Assembly: GCA_973895155.1 (NCBI GenBank)
Contig: OZ316892.1
Span: 20,957,619-21,021,618, forward strand
From: Marsupella aquatica
Lineage: Eukaryota; Plantae; Marchantiophyta
Length of the DNA: 64,000 nt
Direction of reading: 5' to 3'
A program made the translations under genes and the position numbers. Below the pieces are notes generated by a model. It did no database searches. It was not told the origin of the DNA and was given only the letters and a program-made list of their open reading frames with translations. Shown piece after piece: positions 60,740 to 64,000 of the stretch; positions within the stretch are counted from its first letter, which is position 1, and every line of letters starts with the position of its first letter.

Positions 60740-63537
60740 AGAAAAAGGCCAAATAGAGTACAAAAGAATAAACAAGAGAGGTCCCAAGTGGACAAAACCA
60801 AACGCAAAAGAAGTGAGCAAAAGGAAACCCTAAAAACCAAGAAAGAGTAACTAAAAGAAGTGAGCAAAAGGAAACCCCTACAAACCAAGAAAGAGGAACT
60901 AAAACTACCGCAAATGGACCGAGGTCCTCATCATACCTAGCAAATGTGGCAACAAGCTAGTGGTCTACATCAAGTGTCGAAACTAGATCGGCAAGTGGGA
61001 CAGGAATGTCCTCTAGGGGGGCTAGCCGCTGCGGAGTCACACTAGCACCCACTGTCAGAGATCGATGATAGACGGCCCGAGCTTGAGCACGCTGTAAGGT
61101 GACTGAAATGCGTTGGCGAAAGTGCGTGGTCAAAACAGATAGCGGGGGCCCGGTGGGACCCATCCGGCCGTGAACATCCCGAGCAGCTTGGCGAAGAAGC
61201 CCGTCGAACTGATGATGGAGACGCCCAAATATCTCAAGAGCAAGGGGCAGGAAGCTATCAGATGAAGCTCGTGTAGCATATTTGGCCTCCTTCGTTGTTG
61301 CTGCTCATGATGCTGCTGCCCCTAACGTTGTTGTCGTTGTCCCAATGATGTCTTGGCGCAATGGGTTTGCCACCACTACATCTGCCAAGTACGGTGACCT
61401 TCACGGACCATGGTAAGATCCACCCGTAACCGCTGTGATGGAGGACCAGGTAACTCGAGCACCACCTCCCATCGCGCGCAGACCAAAGAGCCAGAGAGAA
61501 CCTAAGTAGTCGCATCTCTCACAGCGTCGTGAACAAAAATGGTTTCGCCGCCCAAACTGCATCGAAGAAGATGGACACTTGTGGCATCACAAGGCTTCCC
61601 ACAAGTGCAAGTAGGAGGTAAACCAGCAAGAAGTGGGTGGGGCAAGCCCATACGAAGACGCATGGCTGTCGCAAACTCCGCTGAAGACATCCGCAGGTGA
61701 GGAATGACTGGATTGGCCTGAAGCCAGCCTCCTGCGCCCTTCCCTCCGGAAGAAAGAATCCGAGCTCGGTCCGTGTCAGGTGCCTCGGTGAGGATGCTAG
61801 AGAGGGTGAAAGCGTGCATACGCCCAGCAAGGTCTGCCTGAAGACGGACGGGGTCCAAGGATAAAAACTCCTGGAATGAAGGTAACGCAGCTCGAACAGG
61901 ATCAGGTAATGATGACCGCGTCGTGCGCAAATGAACCTGAAATGGGAGGGAACCCTCCTCAACCTCCATGAGAGACGAAAGTAAAAAAGGTCGATCCTCA
62001 ATAAGGAAACGATCTGCCAACAATGAGAAGGCGGCCGCCCAAGCGCCCAAGAAGGCCAAAGGTGAAGGCGCTCAGTGGAAGTAAGCCCAAAACCACTGTG
62101 AGAAATAGGAAGACTGAGCTGTCGATGAAGCCACGGAGATGAGAGCAAAGTACATGGCCCTAAAAGAGAGGCCAAAGTCTCACGAATGGAGACATCAAAC
62201 GCTCGGAGGTGTAGATAAAGATCCTCGGTAGGGGGATGTGTCCGAGCCAAATAGGATGCACGAGGGTGGATGCATCTCAACAACAACCCAAATGCTGCCT
62301 GAGAGTCTGCTAACTTAGGGAGCATAGGAGTAGGGGCTAAGGCAGCCTGGAGAGCGTCAGCAATGAAAGATGAGCAAAAGGAGGCGGTACCGATTGGGGA
62401 GCCAAGGACCCGAAGACCGTCGGCTGGACGTAAGAACCCAGGGGGAAGCGCAAGATCAGAGGGTAACCCAGTTGGACTCCATGCACGACTCTTCACCGGC
62501 TGAACCCGTAAACCGAGGCCCAACAAATGGGTGGGAAGGGTGGCGAGGGCAGAAGTAACAGCAACAGGTGGACCAATGATGTGGGTGTCATCTGAAAGGG
62601 ATGGGAAGATACACTGGGGGTGGGCCGCGGAGGCTTCCCGTAAAGCAGTGAAATGAGCAATGGCAAAAAGAGGCCCATCCAAAGGGTCACCCTGACGTAT
62701 ACCTTCTGTAGAAGAAAGAGTGGTATACACTGTCGTGCGCATACATATCGCTACACAACATACATCGCTTGTCACATACATCCAGACATAGTCACACTGC
62801 CACATCACAAACACAAGAGAATGGAATACAAGTGGAACTCATGTCCACACATGTCCAAAACCCACAATAATCTCCACACAATTGGCACAACGATCCCGGT
62901 CAACAATACTGCATCGATCCCGCACCGATTCAATCACACACGTATGTCAAGCCAACGCACCTTGCACTACTCAAGGAATCCACGTTACACAAGCGGAGCT
63001 CACAGCCACCATAGCCACTCAAGCTCCTCTCTCTCCAAGGCTCAACATTGAAAGATGACCTTTCAATGCCTCACAAGTGAGAAGTACCCTCTCACACAAA
63101 CCTGACAGAACCTTATCGGCTCATATAGCACACATACCAAACATACGGATCTAGATAGTACGATACACTCTAACACTACCTAGAATGGTGTGACAACACT
63201 CCTGTAGAGGTGTGATGACTATAGAAGAGGGGGGCCTCGAACCCATAAAAACAACGGACAAAGGGGATAAGGGACTGGATGTCTGGATCCGCTGCCCTCA
63301 AAGCACGAAAAATTGCTGCCCGAGAAACCATATTGAAAGCATTGGAGACATCAACCTGGAGGACAACCCAATCAGGGTGGAGGTCCACGGTAGTACGAAT
63401 ACCCGCAATAACTGTCTCACAACCGCCAGGAACGCCCACTGCAAACTGATGTGGAGAGAGATGATCCGATAGTGCAGAGCGATACTGCGATGAAAGTATG
63501 CGAGACACCAGACGAAGAAAAACCTCTCCAATAGCAT
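60740..63537 (-). mobile_element. CRE-like non-LTR retrotransposon (RT + CCHC + restriction-like endonuclease), decayed, 5' interrupted
   Basis: AIGEVFLRL, HQFAVGVPGGCE, VDVSNAFN, GIRQGDPL, SLSDDTHI (YxDD site altered), LRVLGSPIG, CTCG..HLLRC..HDAVRD, RVDL..ADV..KEAKY, FLPLALEIFG, RISVTLQRAQA; several frameshifts and stops. Confidence 0.88.
62731..63195. mobile_element. Solo LTR (465 bp) inserted in the RT domain
   Basis: TGTC...GACA termini; 4-bp TSD acac (62727-62730 and 63196-63199); removal restores TSTGVYTTLSSTEGIRQG in frame. Confidence 0.85.
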
Positions 63538-64000
63538 TCAAGAGGGTGTAGAAGGGAACCTACATTGAATGCAAGAATAGAACTCCATGCAAGAGCTGCC
63601 ATTGGACTACAGGAGTATCTAGGGGAGTGAAGTGCCTTTGGCAATGTAAGTTGGTTGTAAGCATGAGGGGGTCCCCTTCTACAGCCCCACCCCCCCCCCC
63701 CCCACAACTCACCAAAACAAACACCACAAAATGAAATAAGAGTTGTCTCACATGTGGGCAACCATACCAAAATCAGGCCTAAAGAGGGTAGTTGTTCATT
63801 GCGTTGTTTATATAGGGGCTGGATTTCTCTGCCCTTCCTTGAAAGTCTAGCTATGGAGCCTACAAAAGCCAATTTAAAGTTTCTCCCTGATCGCTTAATG
63901 AAATATTTAAGCTTAGGATTCTTATAACAATGTTTGAATTTTCCCTCAAAGATGGGAAACCCCCAGAAAACACAAGAGATCCGTAGGGAGGACCGCCACC

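Overview
Eukaryotic land-plant DNA: GT-AG introns, TTTAGGG repeats and Cys-less germin-like proteins point to a bryophyte, possibly a liverwort (inference). About 60% of the window is a nested transposon block. (1) A multi-exon Mutator (MULE) transposase at ~5.1-8.1 kb. (2) A large, decayed Mutator-like element (~9.0-39.2 kb) with a Cys/His-rich DDE transposase, a divergently transcribed gene fusing a ParB/Srx-like domain to a beta-class N4/N6 DNA-methyltransferase-like fold, and ~17 copies of a 15-bp palindrome TAGCGCC-N-GGCGCTA in its introns and intergenic DNA. (3) A 19,021-bp, apparently intact CACTA element (16346-35366, AGA target-site duplication [TSD]) inserted in the ParB domain; it encodes TnpD- and TnpA-like proteins, a stand-alone EDM2-type PHD module and a ~578-bp tandem array. 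Host genes are a FUT8/GT23-like fucosyltransferase (3' part), an intronless MAK/MHK-like kinase, two tandem germin-like genes (one broken) and a SAM + PRXL2A-like (AhpC/TSA) gene. Also present are a MITE family with 8-bp TSDs and a CRE-like non-LTR retrotransposon interrupted by a solo LTR. All family calls come from motif recognition by eye; no database search was run.
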